Below, piece by piece: positions 15,952-30,462 of a DNA stretch of 64,000 nt (positions are counted from its first letter, which is position 1; every line of letters starts with the position of its first letter). This stretch comes from Eledone cirrhosa. Lineage: Eukaryota. The stretch is taken from the NCBI GenBank assembly GCA_964016885.1, contig OZ024753.1:13082001-13146000 (forward strand), written 5' to 3'. Below the pieces are notes generated by a model, which did no database searches, had not been told where the DNA came from, and saw only the letters and a program-made list of their open reading frames with translations. The position numbers and the translations under genes are program-made.

Positions 15952-17290
15952 TTAATTAGGTTTATAATATTTAAATGTTTTTTTTAGTTTATGATTACAC
16001 GATATAATTAATTCCTGTCGTTTATTTAATAAGATATCCTTAGATTTCATTATTTCAAATAGTTCTTGGGAACATAATCTACATTCATTTCTATTATTTT
16101 GATAAGGGGTGGCTCTTTTGAGCACACTCCAGGTCAAATCATATTCTATATTCTTATTTTTATAACTATTGATTTTTTCTGCTAGAGATGTTGTATTAGC
16201 CAGTGCGGCATTTTTAAAACTATGCTTGTGGGTATTAAACCTTGTCTTAAAATTGTTAGAGGTAGCTCCTATATATGAGCAAATAGAATCTTTAGTTTTA
16301 ACATTACATTTATAGACTATGTTGTTAACAAGACAATTCCCTTTTAATGGGCAGTTTGCTTTGTTTCTACAGTTACATCCTTTCGTTAATTCTGTATTTG
16401 AGGAGATATTATGGTTAATTTGATGTACTGGTGGTATACTTATGGTTTTCTTACATTTATATGCATTATAGGCACTTATATTTTGTTTTATGTTATTTGT
16501 TGTAGAGTATGAGAATTTAACTGTAGACCTATTTAAGATTTGATGGTATTTGTGGTTTGGCGGGAAGTTTTTCTCTAGGATATAAAAAAATTTTTTAGCA
16601 ATATTATCCTTAATTTGTAAATTAAATGGAGCATTATACCAAGTAACCCGTCTATTACGGTTTCTATGTTGTTTATTATTTTTATTATTTTTATAGGTTG
16701 TATCGTGATTTTTACTAGGAGGATTAATGTTAATGATCTCACCACAACCATTTTTAGTTATATTTGTAGATTTAGGTGTTTTATCCTTTTTATTAGGAGT
16801 TTTATTATTAATATTTATTAGAGTTGTATGATGAGTAGTTTTTTGAGAGTTACTATACTTTATATTAGAAGATTTGGTATTTTGGGGTATAGTGTGGGTG
16901 GCATTTAGGTGTGTACTTTTCATTTGGTGTTTGTTGGTAATATTAGGTTGTATGCTTTCAGTATTTTTAGTAGAAGGTATATATTCTAATCTATTTTTGT
17001 GGCCACTTCTATCTAGAGCTTCGTTATAGAAGGTCGCATTTTTATCAAATACATCTTGGTTAGAAGAAAGGTTAGAAATTCTAAGTGATATATTATATGC
17101 AAGGTTTTTAAGGATAGATTTAGGGTGATTAGATTGTGAGTGTATGTAATGTAAGTTTTGGTTAGGTTTATGGTAAGGTTGGTAGATACCCGTAGCTAAA
17201 TCTAAAGTTATATCTAGGAAATTTACTACTTTACTTGTTTTTTCAAAAGTAATATTAAGATTATAATAGTCTTTAAGGAAAGTTCTAATA
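15952..17290 (-). mobile_element. 5'-truncated Naiad-type Penelope ORF (RT C-terminus, linker, GIY-YIG)
   Basis: Closely matches 23884-25213; WYNAPF, CNCRNKANC, IVYKC...YIG, CRLC. Confidence 0.9.
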
Positions 17291-18437
17291 ATAATATATC
17301 ACTTAGAATTTCTAACCTTTCTTCTAACCAAGATGTATTTGATAAAAATGCGACCTTCTATAACGAAGCTCTAGATAGAAGTGGCCACAAAAATAGATTA
17401 GAATATATACCTTCTACTAAAAATACTGAAAGCATACAACCTAATATTACCAACAAACACCAAATGAAAAGTACACACCTAAATGCCACCCACACTATAC
17501 CCCAAAATACCAAATCTTCTAATATAAAGTATAGTAACTCTCAAAAAACTACTCATCATACAACTCTAATAAATATTAATAATAAAACTCCTAATAAAAA
17601 GGATAAAACACCTAAATCTACAAATATAACTAAAAATGGTTGTGGTGAGATCATTAACATTAATCCTCCTAGTAAAAATCACGATACAACCTATAAAAAT
17701 AATAAAAATAATAAACAACATAGAAACCGTAATAGACGGGTTACTTGGTATAATGCTCCATTTAATTTACAAATTAAGGATAATATTGCTAAAAAATTTT
17801 TTTATATCCTAGAGAAAAACTTCCCGCCAAACCACAAATACCATCAAATCTTAAATAGGTCTACAGTTAAATTCTCATACTCTGCAACAAATAACATAAA
17901 ACAAAATATAAGTGCCTATAATGCATATAAATGTAAGAAAACCATAAGTATACCACCAGTACATCAAATTAACCATAATATCTCCTCAAATACAGAATTA
18001 ACGAAAGGATGTAACTGTAGAAACAAAGCAAACTGCCCATTAAAAGGGAATTGTCTTGTTAACAACATAGTCTATAAATGTAATGTTAAAACTAAAGATT
18101 CTATTTGCTCATATATAGGAGCTACCTCTAACAATTTTAAGACAAGGTTTAATACCCACAAGCATAGTTTTAAAAATGCCGCACTGGCTAATACAACATC
18201 TCTAGCAGAAAAAATCAATAGTTATAAAAATAAGAATATAGAATATGATTTGACCTGGAGTGTGCTCAAAAGAGCCACCCCTTATCAAAATAATAGAAAT
18301 GAATGTAGATTATGTTCCCAAGAACTATTTGAAATAATGAAATCTAAGGATATCTTATTAAATAAACGACAGGAATTAATTATATCGTGTAATCATAAAC
18401 TAAAAAAAAACATTTAAATATTATAAACCTAATTAAT
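17291..18437 (+). mobile_element. Inverted, more truncated copy of the same Penelope ORF
   Basis: Reverse complement of 15952-17096; an extra A in the terminal homopolymer shifts the last codons. Confidence 0.9.
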
Positions 18438-19766
18438 AACATTATTTTAGAAATTAATTTAATTTAAATGTTGGTTAACCTATAAATTTAATTTAATTAA
18501 AATTTTATTACAGATGAGAATATAAAATATTATGTAATCATAAATTGTGAAAAACCTTTAAATATTACTAATATATACTTAGTAATTTAATTTATAGATT
18601 AATTTTAATTTATTTAAACCTTTTATTATAATTCTTTTACAGATAAAATATAACAAAATAATATCGTGTATCCAATGACAGAGAAATAATTTTTAGTATT
18701 ATAGACCTAATTAATATACATTTTAGAAATATATTTATAATTTGGTTTTAATTTTAATCAACCTAAAAATTTAATTTAATTTGCTTAAAATTAGTATCCT
18801 TATACAGACGAATTGCAGAATGTCATGTAATCATAGAATGGGATGTGTTTTGGATATATACCTAGTTAATATATTCTATGCAATTTTTTGAAAAAAATAT
18901 GTATATGTATATGTGTATGTGTATGTGTGTGTGTGTGTATATGTGTATATATGTATATATATATATGTGTATATATATGTATATATGTATGTGTATGTAT
19001 ATGTATATGTATATGTATTAATTTTGATTTCTATTTGCATATAATTATATTCTGCTATTGATAAAATACAATATCTGTTTTATTTATTATATACCTAATT
19101 AACATATACTATAGAAATAAATATATAATTTTTAATTTAGTTAACCTATAATTTATATTCTACTACCGATGTAATACTTTATTTGTTTTTTCCCTATTAC
19201 TAAATTCATTTCCTAATATTGATACCATAACGTTATTAACTTTAATTTAGTTATACTATAATTAATACTATACTACTATTTAACTTCAAAATTCTGCTTC
19301 AAATATTATAAACCTAACTAATTTACACCTTAGAAATCAATATGTTAACTATCTTTGGTTTAGTTAACATATAATTAATGGTATACTTATTTATTTTGAA
19401 ATGCATAAATTTTGCCTTATTTCTTGTTTATTGTATTTCCTAACACTGAAACTATGTAAAAACATACATTGGATCCAGATACGGATAATATTCTATGTTT
19501 CTTGAAACATATATTTACTATAATCCCCTTCTCCAACCCCCCCCCCCCTTTCCCCCATACTATTATCATCTGTGTTTGTAAGCGTGTATGTATGAATATA
19601 TATGTAGGTAGGTGTATATATGTTTGGGTATTTATATCTGAATATAAAAATACATATATGCGCATGCAAATATGAATGTAAGATTGTGTGTGTATATATG
19701 TGTGTGTGTATGTATGTGTATATGTGTATATATGCATGTGTATATGTGTGTGTATGTGTATGTGTG

Positions 19767-19829
<63 letters not shown>

Positions 19830-20025
19830 ATGTATGTATGTATATGTGTGTGTGTATATATATGTATGTCTCTCTATTTATATGTCTATCTTCGTATCTA
19901 TGTGGATATATGTGTGTGTGTGCATGTATACACATATATGTGTTTATGTGTATATGTGTGTATGTGTATATATGTGTGTGTGCACACACATATATATGTG
20001 AGTGTGTATATGTGTCTGTGTATAT

Positions 20026-20066
<41 letters not shown>

Positions 20067-20095
20067 TGTCTATGTGTGTATATATGTCTATATTC

Positions 20096-20158
<63 letters not shown>

Positions 20159-20380
20159 ATTTATTATTATAATATAACTTATGTGTATGTGTGTATATGT
20201 GAGGGTGTGTATATGTATATAATATGTGTATATATATGTGTAAAAAAATATATATGTGCATGTCTGTTTTTTATGTGTGTGTATATATATATATATGTGT
20301 GTATATATATGTATATGTGGGTGTTTGTATGTGTATTTATGGTGGTATGTGTGTGTGGGTATGTATATATATGTATGAGT

Positions 20381-20428
<48 letters not shown>

Positions 20429-20745
20429 ATATATATCTCTATTAATGCGTGTATATATGTATATGCATATGCCTTTTTATTTGTATGTCTGAGTTGGGTG
20501 AGGTTGTAGTGGTGTTTCTATGTATATACGCATATATGGATGCGTATGTATTTGTATATATGAGTATATGTAAGTGCATATGTATGTATGATTATATATC
20601 TAATTCTATGTATGAATATATATGTGTGTATGTAAGTTGTGTGTGTATGTATGTATATGTCTATGTGTGTATATATATATGTATGTATGTGTGTGTATGT
20701 ATCTATGTATGTGTATGTATGTACATATATGTCTATGTATGTGTG

Positions 20746-20782
<37 letters not shown>

Positions 20783-20995
20783 TTATTATTTATTTTTTAT
20801 ATATATGTGTGTGTGTGTATGTGTGTGTGTGTGTGTGTATATATATCTTTATATATGTGTATGTGTATGTTCGTGTAGGTGTATGTGTGTGTATGACTTT
20901 ATATGTATGTGTGTATGTGTGTATGCGTATATATTTCTATGTGTGTGTACATGTATGTATGTGTATGTATGTGTAAGTGTGTGTATGTGTATATG

Positions 20996-21031
<36 letters not shown>

Positions 21032-21355
21032 TATATGTGTATATATATGTATATATATCTATATGTTTTTCTATTTGTATATGTATGTGTGTATAGGTAT
21101 ATACCTTTTTCTTTGTATGTCTGAGTTGTGTGATAGTGTAGTGGTGTTTGTATGTATATACCGATATATAGATGCGTAAGTATTTGTCTGTATGTATGTA
21201 TGTATGTCTGTATGTATTTGTGTGTATATATAGCTATGTATGTGTATATCTGTATGTATATAAGTATGTAAGTGTATGTATATGTGCGTGTATGTGTGTA
21301 TATATATGTGTGTCTATATAGTATGTGTGATTATATGTGTATGTATGTGTGTATG

Positions 21356-21406
<51 letters not shown>

Positions 21407-21552
21407 ATTTATATGTATGTGTGTATATGTATGTATGTGTGTATATGTATATGTTTATATATGTGTGTGTATGTATGTTCTTAGTGTGGATGTGTGTATA
21501 TGTATGTATGAGTTTGTATATGTGTATATATATGTATGTGTGTATGTGTGTG

Positions 21553-21622
<70 letters not shown>

Positions 21623-22261
21623 CTTGATATATTTCTTTTTTCTTTTTTCTTTTTTCTTTTTCTATTCTTTCCATTTTAATGTTTATTTATTATTTATTAT
21701 TTTTTATTTTCTTAGTTTATAGATACATCTATATTAAGCAGTCTGCCCAGACCGTTGAATACTGACCTCTCCCCCCCCCTCCCACCTAATTTCTGTATCT
21801 TGATCTAAATGTGTGTGCCAGTGTTTATGTGAGTGAATTAATATCCATGTGCTTATGATTTTATATCCACATATATATATATATGTGAGTGGGGGTGTGT
21901 GTTTGTTTGTATGTTCGTGGTTATGTGTATATTTATGCATATACGCGCGTGTATGTGTGATTGTACGGATATGTGTGAGTATGAAAATATATCTATACAC
22001 TTATTTCATATTTGTGTGTCTATACGCATCTTATCTGTGCATTATAAACTTACAGAGACATTAACCTTGAAATTTTGTATTTGCATCCATCCTTTTAGTA
22101 TGCGTATACAAGTTATGCATACATTTTTGTAAAATATGTGTAAGGGTTTTACATGTATATACACACACCGAACTGCATTAAACCTTTTGTATTTTCATTG
22201 GTCAATTTTGTTCCCAAACGGACCTGAAATTTTGAATTGTTGTTATTATCAATAAATATAC

Positions 22262-22415
22262 TTCATTATTTCTGAAGACGGCGTATATATGTGTTGGTAT
22301 GTATATTTAATCTTGATAGTTTGTATAATTTTGTATAATTTTGTACATAGATCTGTTGAATATGCATGCCAATTCTAACACATATATATCCTAGAAACGA
22401 TCGTTAAATAATGAA
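22262..22415 (+). ncRNA. Type I hammerhead motif with ~115 nt stem II region
   Basis: TTCATTATTT-CTGAAGA-[long insert]-GAAAC GATC GT T-AAATAATGAA: perfect 10 bp stem I and palindromic stem III. Confidence 0.75.
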
Positions 22416-22468
22416 CTTTTTTTGTTTAATATAAGGAACTGTCTCATTGTTTATTCATTATTTGTTTA

Positions 22469-22507
<39 letters not shown>

Positions 22508-22676
22508 TCACATATATATGCGCACATACGTACACATATACACATACACACATATACACATAGACATATACATGTGCATACATGTACATACACACATATA
22601 CCCAAGATACACATATATACAGAGACATACATATACACACGCATATATACACACACATATACACATATATATATAT

Positions 22677-22713
<37 letters not shown>

Positions 22714-23883
22714 ATCATACACCCTTATTTGCATGCGCATATATGTATTTTTATACTCACATATAAACACCTAAACATACATACCTACCTACATATACAT
22801 ACATACATCCACGCTTACAAATACAAATAATAATAGTGGGGGGGGGGATTATAGTAAATATATGTTTCAAGAAACATAGAATATTAATCTGCATTTAGAA
22901 CATAATATGTGTTTACATAGTTTCAGTATTAGGAAATGTAAGAAAGAAGGCAAAACTATGCATTTCAATATAAGTATACCATTAATTATAGGTTAACTAA
23001 ACTAAAGATAGTTAATATATTGATTTCTAAGGTGTATACTACTTAGGTTTATAATATTTGAAGCAGAATTTTGAAGTTAAATAGTGGTAGAGTATTAATT
23101 ATAGTATAACTAAATTAAAATTATTAACGTTATGGTATCAATATTAGGAAATGAATTTAGTAATAGGGAAAAAACAAATAAAGTATTACATCGGTAGTAT
23201 AATATAAATTATAGGTTAACTAAATTAAAAATTATATATTAATTTCTATAGTATATGTTAATTAGGTATATAATAATTAAAACAGATATTTATTTTATCT
23301 ATAGTAGAATATAATTATAGGTAAACAGAAATTAAAATTAATACATACACATATACATATACATATATATATACATATATATATATATATACACATACAT
23401 ATATATACATACACATACATATTATTTCAAAAATTGCAAAGAATATATTAACTAGGTATACATCCAAAACCTATCTCATTCTATGATTATATGACACTCT
23501 GCAATCCATCTGTATTAGGATACTAATTTTAAGCCAATTAAATTAAATTTTTAGGGTGACCAAATTTAAAACCAAATTATAAATATATTTCTAAAATGTA
23601 CATTAATTAGGTCTATAATACTAAAAATTATTTCTCTGTCATTGAATACACGATATTTTGTTATATTTTATCTGTAAAGGAATTTTAATAAAAGGTTAAA
23701 TAAATTAAAATTAATCTATAAATTAAATTACTAAGTATATATTAGTAATATTTAAAAGTTTTTCACAATTTATGATTACACAATATTTTATAATCTCATC
23801 TGTAGTAGAATTTTAATTAAATTAAATTTATAGGTTAACTAACATTTAAATTAAATTATATATTAATTTCTAAAATAATATTA

Positions 23884-26013
23884 TTAATTAGGTTTATAAT
23901 ATTTAAATGTTTTTCTTAGTTTATGATTACACGATATAATTAATTCCTGTCGTTTATTTAATAGGATATCCTTAGATTTCATTATTTCAAATAGTTCTTG
24001 GGAACATAATCTACATTCATTTCTATTATTTTGATAAGGGGTGGCTCTTTTGAGCACACTCCAGGTCAAATCATATTCTATATTCTTATTTTTATAACTA
24101 TTGATTTTTTCTGCTAGAGATGTTGTATTAGCCAGTGCGGCATTTTTAAAACTATGTTTGTGGGTATTAAACCTTGTCTTAAAATTGTTAGAAGTAGCTC
24201 CTATATATGAGCAAATAGAATCTTTAGTTTTAACATTACATTTATAAACTATGTTGTTAACAAGACAATTTCCTTTTAATGGGCAGTTTGCTTTGCTTCT
24301 ACAGTTACAACCTTTCGTTAATTCTGTATTTGAGGAGATATTATGGTTAGTTTGATGTATTGGTGGTATACTTATGGTTTTCTTACATTTATATGCATTA
24401 TAGGCACTTATATTTTGTTTTATGTTATTTGTTGTTGAGTATGAGAATTTAACTGTAGACCTATTTAAGATTTGATGGTATTTGTGGTTTGGCGGGAAGT
24501 TTTTCTCTAGGATATAAAAAAATTTTTTAGCAATATTATCCTTAATTTGTAAATTAAATGGAGCATTATACCAAGTAACCCGTCTATTACGGTTTCTATG
24601 TTGTTTATTATTTTTATAGGTTGTATCATGATGTTTACTAGGAGGATTAATGTTAATGATCTCACCACACACATTTTTAGTTATATTTGTAGATTTAGGT
24701 GTTTTATCTTGTTTATTAGGAGTTTTATTATTAACATTTATTAGAGTTGTATGATGAGTAGTTTTTTGAGAGTTACTATACTTTATATTAGAAGATTTGG
24801 TATTTTGGGGTATAGTGTGGGTGGCATTTAGGTGTGTACTTTTCATTTGGTGTTTGTTGGTAATATTAGGTTGTATGTTTTTAGTATTTTTAGTAGAAGG
24901 TATATATTCTAATCTATTTTTGTGGCCACTTCTATCTAGAGCTTCGTTATAGAAGGTCGCATTTTTATCAAATACATCTTGGTTAGAAGAAAGGTTAGAA
25001 ATTCTAAGTGATATATTATATGCAAGGTTTTTAAGGATAGATTTAGGGTGATTAGATTGTGAGTGTATGTAATGTAAGTTTTGGTTGGGTTTATGGTAAG
25101 GTTGGTAGATACCCGTAGCTAAGTCTAAAGTTAAATCTAGGAAATTTACTACTTTACTTGTTTTTTCAAAAGTAATATGAAGACTATAATAGTCTTTAAG
25201 GAAAGTTCTAATATGCTTTTTGTTTTTTTCTATTTCTGAAAGGCTAAGGTTGTTGGGAAGAAGAAGACAGTCATCACGATATAAACCACCTTTAAGGTGG
25301 GGAAAGGAGGCATTTATGTTGAAAAGGAGAAAGAGGCCCACAAGATCAGTAATTTGGGCGGAATCGCTTGAACCCATAGTAATATCAAATAGATTACTAT
25401 ATGTGTTTCTGGTCCAGTATTCATTCTGAAATTCAATAAGTGTTAGTCTAGCATGTGTAATAATATTAATGTCATCCAAAGTTAAGTTAGATCTATTTTT
25501 AGCAAATATCAATGCTTTGTTCAGGAGTATAGGTGATATAGAAGAATAGTAATTATCTATATCAAATTGTAGAAATGAAGCAGAAGATTTACATCTAATA
25601 TTTTTAAACCAGTTAATTACCTGGGAAGTGTTTTCCCAGAGTGGTAAAATAACGTGTTTTCTTATTTGTGGGATGACTCTATCCAAAATTTTTTTGCTAA
25701 TTATTCCAATATCAGATTTGGAGGGACATATAAGTCTTATAGAAGGATTTGAGTTAAAGTTTGATTTATGATCCTTCAGGTTGAAGTGTGGTCTTTTCAA
25801 TGCCAAAGGTTCAGTTCTATCTTCAATGTTTAGTTTTGTTACTATGTTGTGTGTTTTGTTGTTGATGTTGGTGAGTGACGCATTATTAGATTTTTTATAA
25901 TTTTTCCTGAGTTCTTTATATATGAACTCATTATAATCTTCAATATCCATGTGATACAAGTTACCAGTTTTGTCCGAGTGGACATGGATTTTTTTAGACT
26001 TTTTTAGGTCCAA
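23884..26013 (-). CDS. Penelope-like (Naiad-type) reverse transcriptase + GIY-YIG endonuclease; uninterrupted 709 aa, 5'-truncated
   Basis: DKT motif, [33 protein letters not shown], CxCx5C linker, IVY...YIG, C-terminal CRLC and CNH. Confidence 0.92.
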   Translation of the reverse strand: MDLKKSKKIHVHSDKTGNLYHMDIEDYNEFIYKELRKNYKKSNNASLTNINNKTHNIVTKLNIEDRTEPLALKRPHFNLKDHKSNFNSNPSIRLICPSKSDIGIISKKILDRVIPQIRKHVILPLWENTSQVINWFKNIRCKSSASFLQFDIDNYYSSISPILLNKALIFAKNRSNLTLDDINIITHARLTLIEFQNEYWTRNTYSNLFDITMGSSDSAQITDLVGLFLLFNINASFPHLKGGLYRDDCLLLPNNLSLSEIEKNKKHIRTFLKDYYSLHITFEKTSKVVNFLDLTLDLATGIYQPYHKPNQNLHYIHSQSNHPKSILKNLAYNISLRISNLSSNQDVFDKNATFYNEALDRSGHKNRLEYIPSTKNTKNIQPNITNKHQMKSTHLNATHTIPQNTKSSNIKYSNSQKTTHHTTLINVNNKTPNKQDKTPKSTNITKNVCGEIININPPSKHHDTTYKNNKQHRNRNRRVTWYNAPFNLQIKDNIAKKFFYILEKNFPPNHKYHQILNRSTVKFSYSTTNNIKQNISAYNAYKCKKTISIPPIHQTNHNISSNTELTKGCNCRSKANCPLKGNCLVNNIVYKCNVKTKDSICSYIGATSNNFKTRFNTHKHSFKNAALANTTSLAEKINSYKNKNIEYDLTWSVLKRATPYQNNRNECRLCSQELFEIMKSKDILLNKRQELIISCNHKLRKTFKYYKPN

Positions 26014-26022
26014 TAGGGTAGA

Positions 26023-26052
26023 ATATTAGTATATATATATATATATATATTA

Positions 26053-26125
<73 letters not shown>

Positions 26126-26354
26126 TATATATATATATATATATATTAGTATATATATATATATATATTAGTATATATATATATATATATATTAGTATAT
26201 ATATATATATATATTAGTATATATATATATATATATTAGTATATATATATATATATATATTAGTATATATATATATATATATATTAGTATATATATATAT
26301 ATATATATTAGTATATATATATATATATATTAGTATATATATATATATATATTA

Positions 26355-26405
<51 letters not shown>

Positions 26406-26548
26406 TATATATATATATATATATATTAGTATATATATATTAGTATATATATATATATATATTAGTATATATATATATATATATTAGTATATATATATAT
26501 ATTAGTATATATATATATATATATTAGTATATATATATATATATATTA

Positions 26549-26600
<52 letters not shown>

Positions 26601-26645
26601 CTATATATATATATATATAAATATAGTATATATATATATATATAT
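26023..26645. repeat. (TA)n microsatellite periodically interrupted by TTAG
   Basis: Seen directly; similar tracts at 4905-5060, 8820-9180 and 27040-27430. Confidence 0.9.
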
Positions 26646-26646
26646 G

Positions 26647-27027
26647 TATATACAATATTAAATAAATGGAAAACTATATTTATAAAACCATATTTATTTC
26701 ATTATATATATTTCGGGGATATCATATTAACAATATGCTATGCCTTCATCAGACAAAATACAATATAAACAGTTTTATAGATAAATATATTCGACATACC
26801 GTAATAAACATCGACTTCATTTGAAGAGGTTTACGCTAGCAGTCTCTCTTCAAATGAAGTCGATGTTTATTACGGTATGTCGAATATATTTATCTATAAA
26901 ACTGTTTATATTGTATTTTGTCTGATGAAGGCATAGCATATTGTTAATATGATATCCCCGAAATATATATAATGAAATAAATATGGTTTTATAAATATAG
27001 TTTTCCATTTATTTAATATTGTATATA
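26647..27027. repeat. Hairpin of ~180 bp arms with 17 bp spacer; hammerhead motif in each arm (26695-26760 minus, 26914-26979 plus)
   Basis: Arms are reverse complements; plus arm TATTTTGT-CTGATGA-stem II-GAAAT ATAT AT A-ATGAAATA. Confidence 0.88.
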
Positions 27028-27044
27028 TATATATATATATATAG

Positions 27045-27098
<54 letters not shown>

Positions 27099-27244
27099 TA
27101 ATATATATATATATATATACTAATATATATATATATATATATACTAATATATATATATATATATATACTAATATATACAAATATAAATTAGCGAGAATCG
27201 TTTTCAGCTCAGGAATTAACGAAAATCAACGTCCGATATGTATA

Positions 27245-27282
<38 letters not shown>

Positions 27283-27299
27283 TATATATATATATATTA

Positions 27300-27716
<417 letters not shown>

Positions 27717-27718
<2 letters not shown>

Positions 27719-28046
27719 ACAAACTGGCCAAGGAGGCTGAAGAGTACGTAAAGGTAATACAATCCCCCAATTCCGATGCTATCAAGAAACATGAAGAGAT
27801 TAAAGAAAATGTAACAGACATGACAAACTGAGTTCATCACTGAGCGTATTAAATGATACTTTGCAGTATATTGTAGGATATCTCGTATTTGGTAGTATTC
27901 TTAGTTGTTGTCTTACAACTTACGGAATAATAAATAACTTATTACGAAATAATACGGATTCATACATTTATGTATTACTTACGACGTTCGGCTTCCTGTT
28001 TTACTGGATTATACTAGTTTTGTTGGGCCTCCGTTTACATATATCG
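27717..28046 (+). pseudogene. 3' fragment of a type A gustatory-receptor-like exon
   Basis: Highly similar to 45690-46020; 1 bp frameshift near 27808; GTAAGT donor at 28047. Confidence 0.8.
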
Positions 28047-28589
28047 GTAAGTCTATATATAAATGTCTGTGATTCTGTCACAACACGTAAACAGAGAGGG
28101 GTAGTTTGATTACATCATACTACTCCTCTCTCTTTATGTCTGCTGACTGCGTGAATGTATGTGTGTGTAAAAGGAAGGCAGGAGGTGGTGAAAAACTATA
28201 GTGGTTGGCGTTCCACTTGTTATGCTGTACATGCGTGTATGTTTGTGTGAATGTAAGTGTGTGTGTTTATGTGAATGTATATCTAGATGTGCGTGTGTGT
28301 ATGTGTTTGTGTGAATTAGTGTTTGTGTGAATGTATGTATGTGTTTTCATGAGTGTATGTGTATGTTTGTGCGAATGTATGTCTAAATGTGTATTTTTGT
28401 AAGTGGGTCCATGTTTGCACGTTTATATTAATATACTCGTACATATAAATGTATGTATATGCATATACACACATGCGCGTCAGTGTGTTGAATAATTTTA
28501 TATAATATCTATACATTATGCATTCTGTCAATACCTGATTTTATACACATGTGTATTTGTATGAAACACAGTTTTCTGTAGTTTATCCT

Positions 28590-28918
28590 CACCCCTTCCT
28601 TCCTCAGTCATATCTAATGCGTGACGTCATCACCCCTTCCTTGCTAAGTCATATCTAATGCGTGACGTCATCACCCCTTCCCTCCTCAGTCATCTCTAGT
28701 GCTGGACGTCCATACATACTTCCTTCCTTCCTCAGTCATCTCCAGTGCGTAACGTCATCACCGCTACCTTACTCAATCATCTTTAGTGTATGACGTGATC
28801 ATCCTTTCCATCCTAAATCAGCTCTAGTACGTCACGTTATCCCCCCCCCCCCCTCATTTCCCTCCTCAGTCATCTCTAGTGCGTGACGTCCATACTCCTT
28901 CCTTCCTTCCTCAGTCAC
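28590..28918. repeat. Degenerate ~40-46 bp tandem repeat (CCTCAGTCATCTCTAGTGCGTGACGTCATC core)
   Basis: About 7 imperfect units visible. Confidence 0.75.
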
Positions 28919-29404
28919 CGCTATTGTTTGACGGACGGACGGAGGGAAGTGTCTCAAATTTCTATATAGATTGAAGGGGTGTGTTTTAGTGGTAGCCAGC
29001 TCAAGATCGGAAGGTGAAGAGTTTGATTCACGGCGATATGTTGTGTCCTTGGACAAGAGAATATATTTCCAGATATTCAACATATATCCTACGATTGTGG
29101 CTGTGCAGGATTTTTTTCTTTACTTTCTGAAACCTAGCTGTACATAGTACATCCATTACATAACTATCTTCCACTTCAATCAACTTTCTTTCACCGTCAC
29201 AACATTTCATATACAATCTATCAATATTATCTTTTTGACAAAACATTTCTTAAATCTTACTAATTTTTTCTATTCTGTAGTTGTTGGTTCTACCAGTTGA
29301 TGATGGATATACACTTTGTAGTTGATCATCACTGTTTTTATATCAGAGACAGATGTTTGAGATGTTCAGTTGGGGCATGTGGTACAAAAGGTTGGGAACC
29401 ACTG

Positions 29405-29711
29405 TTCTAGTGTGTTTACCTATCATTGCCATCAACATTCTTTATTAGTTTATTGTATTCGCTCCTCGAACACACACACACATACACACACACACGGGAT
29501 CTAGTGGACAATGTAAAACCTGCAGCTACATTGTGGAGATAATCGTAGCCCCTTCTAGTGTGTTTATCTATCATTGCCATCTACATTCTTTATTAGTTTA
29601 TTGTATTCGCTCCTCAAACACACACACACATACATACACACACATACACACACATACACAGGATCTAGTGGACAATGTAAAACCTGCAGCTACATTGTGG
29701 AGATAATCGTA
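29405..29711. repeat. Direct duplication of ~145 bp containing (CA)n
   Basis: 29405-29548 matches 29553-29711. Confidence 0.85.
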
Positions 29712-29739
29712 GACACATAAATATATGTAATTAACACAC

Positions 29740-30178
29740 ACTACACTGTGTTAATTACATAACTACACTGTTTTAATTAATTAACTACATTATTTTAATT
29801 AAATAACTACACTTTTTTAAATGAATCACTACAATGTGTTAATTAACCAACTACACTGTTTTAATTAAAAGTCTACACTGTTTTAGTTAACCAACTGCAC
29901 TATTTTAATTAAAAGTCTACACTGTTTTAATTAACCAACTGCACTGTTTTAATTAAAAGTCTACACTGTTTTAATTAACCAACTGCACTGTTTTATTTAA
30001 AAGTGTGCACTGTTTTAATTAACTAACTATACTGTTTTAATTAAAAGTTTACACTGTTTTAATTAACCAACTGCACTATTTTAATTAAAAGTCTACACTG
30101 TTTTAATTAATTAACTATACTGTTTTAATTAAAAGTTTACATTGTTTTAATTCACTAACTATACTGTTTTAATTAAAA
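29740..30178. repeat. AT-rich minisatellite, ~20 bp unit (ACTACACTGTTTTAATTAA..) with dimeric higher-order structure
   Basis: Seen directly. Confidence 0.85.
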
Positions 30179-30462
30179 GACTCGCTCTGCTAAGAAATCA
30201 CTTGAAATACTTTCAACTGTTACTTCTGTACTTTTGTCAACCGAAAGCAAGGCAATAAATCCCGGGGTAGACCACAACAAAGATGGCTGCAAAACATCCA
30301 TTAGCTCTGTTTATCTCCCTTGAGGCCCCAGCTGAATTAATTAGAGAGAGACGGTTGCTTCTAACTCCACGATCCTCTCAGAAATAAGTATAAGAAGAAA
30401 TAAAACAATCAAAGTGTCATTAATTCTATAAATTATATGTATAAAACGTCATTATACAAATA

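Larger units (their letters stand above)
11871..22475. repeat. Large inverted repeat: arms 11871-17096 and 17291-22475, spacer about 194 bp
   Basis: Unique islands between the microsatellites match as reverse complements throughout; ORFs 15952-16923(-) and 17464-18417(+) are nearly identical. Confidence 0.93.

Noticed and set aside
23884-26013. Selenocysteine recoding, reported for some Naiad elements
   Set aside because: No in-frame TGA in the visible ORF
29028-29246. ORF with NIDRLY resembling R4/Dong RT C-terminus
   Set aside because: Probably an old LINE relic, but too degenerate to delimit
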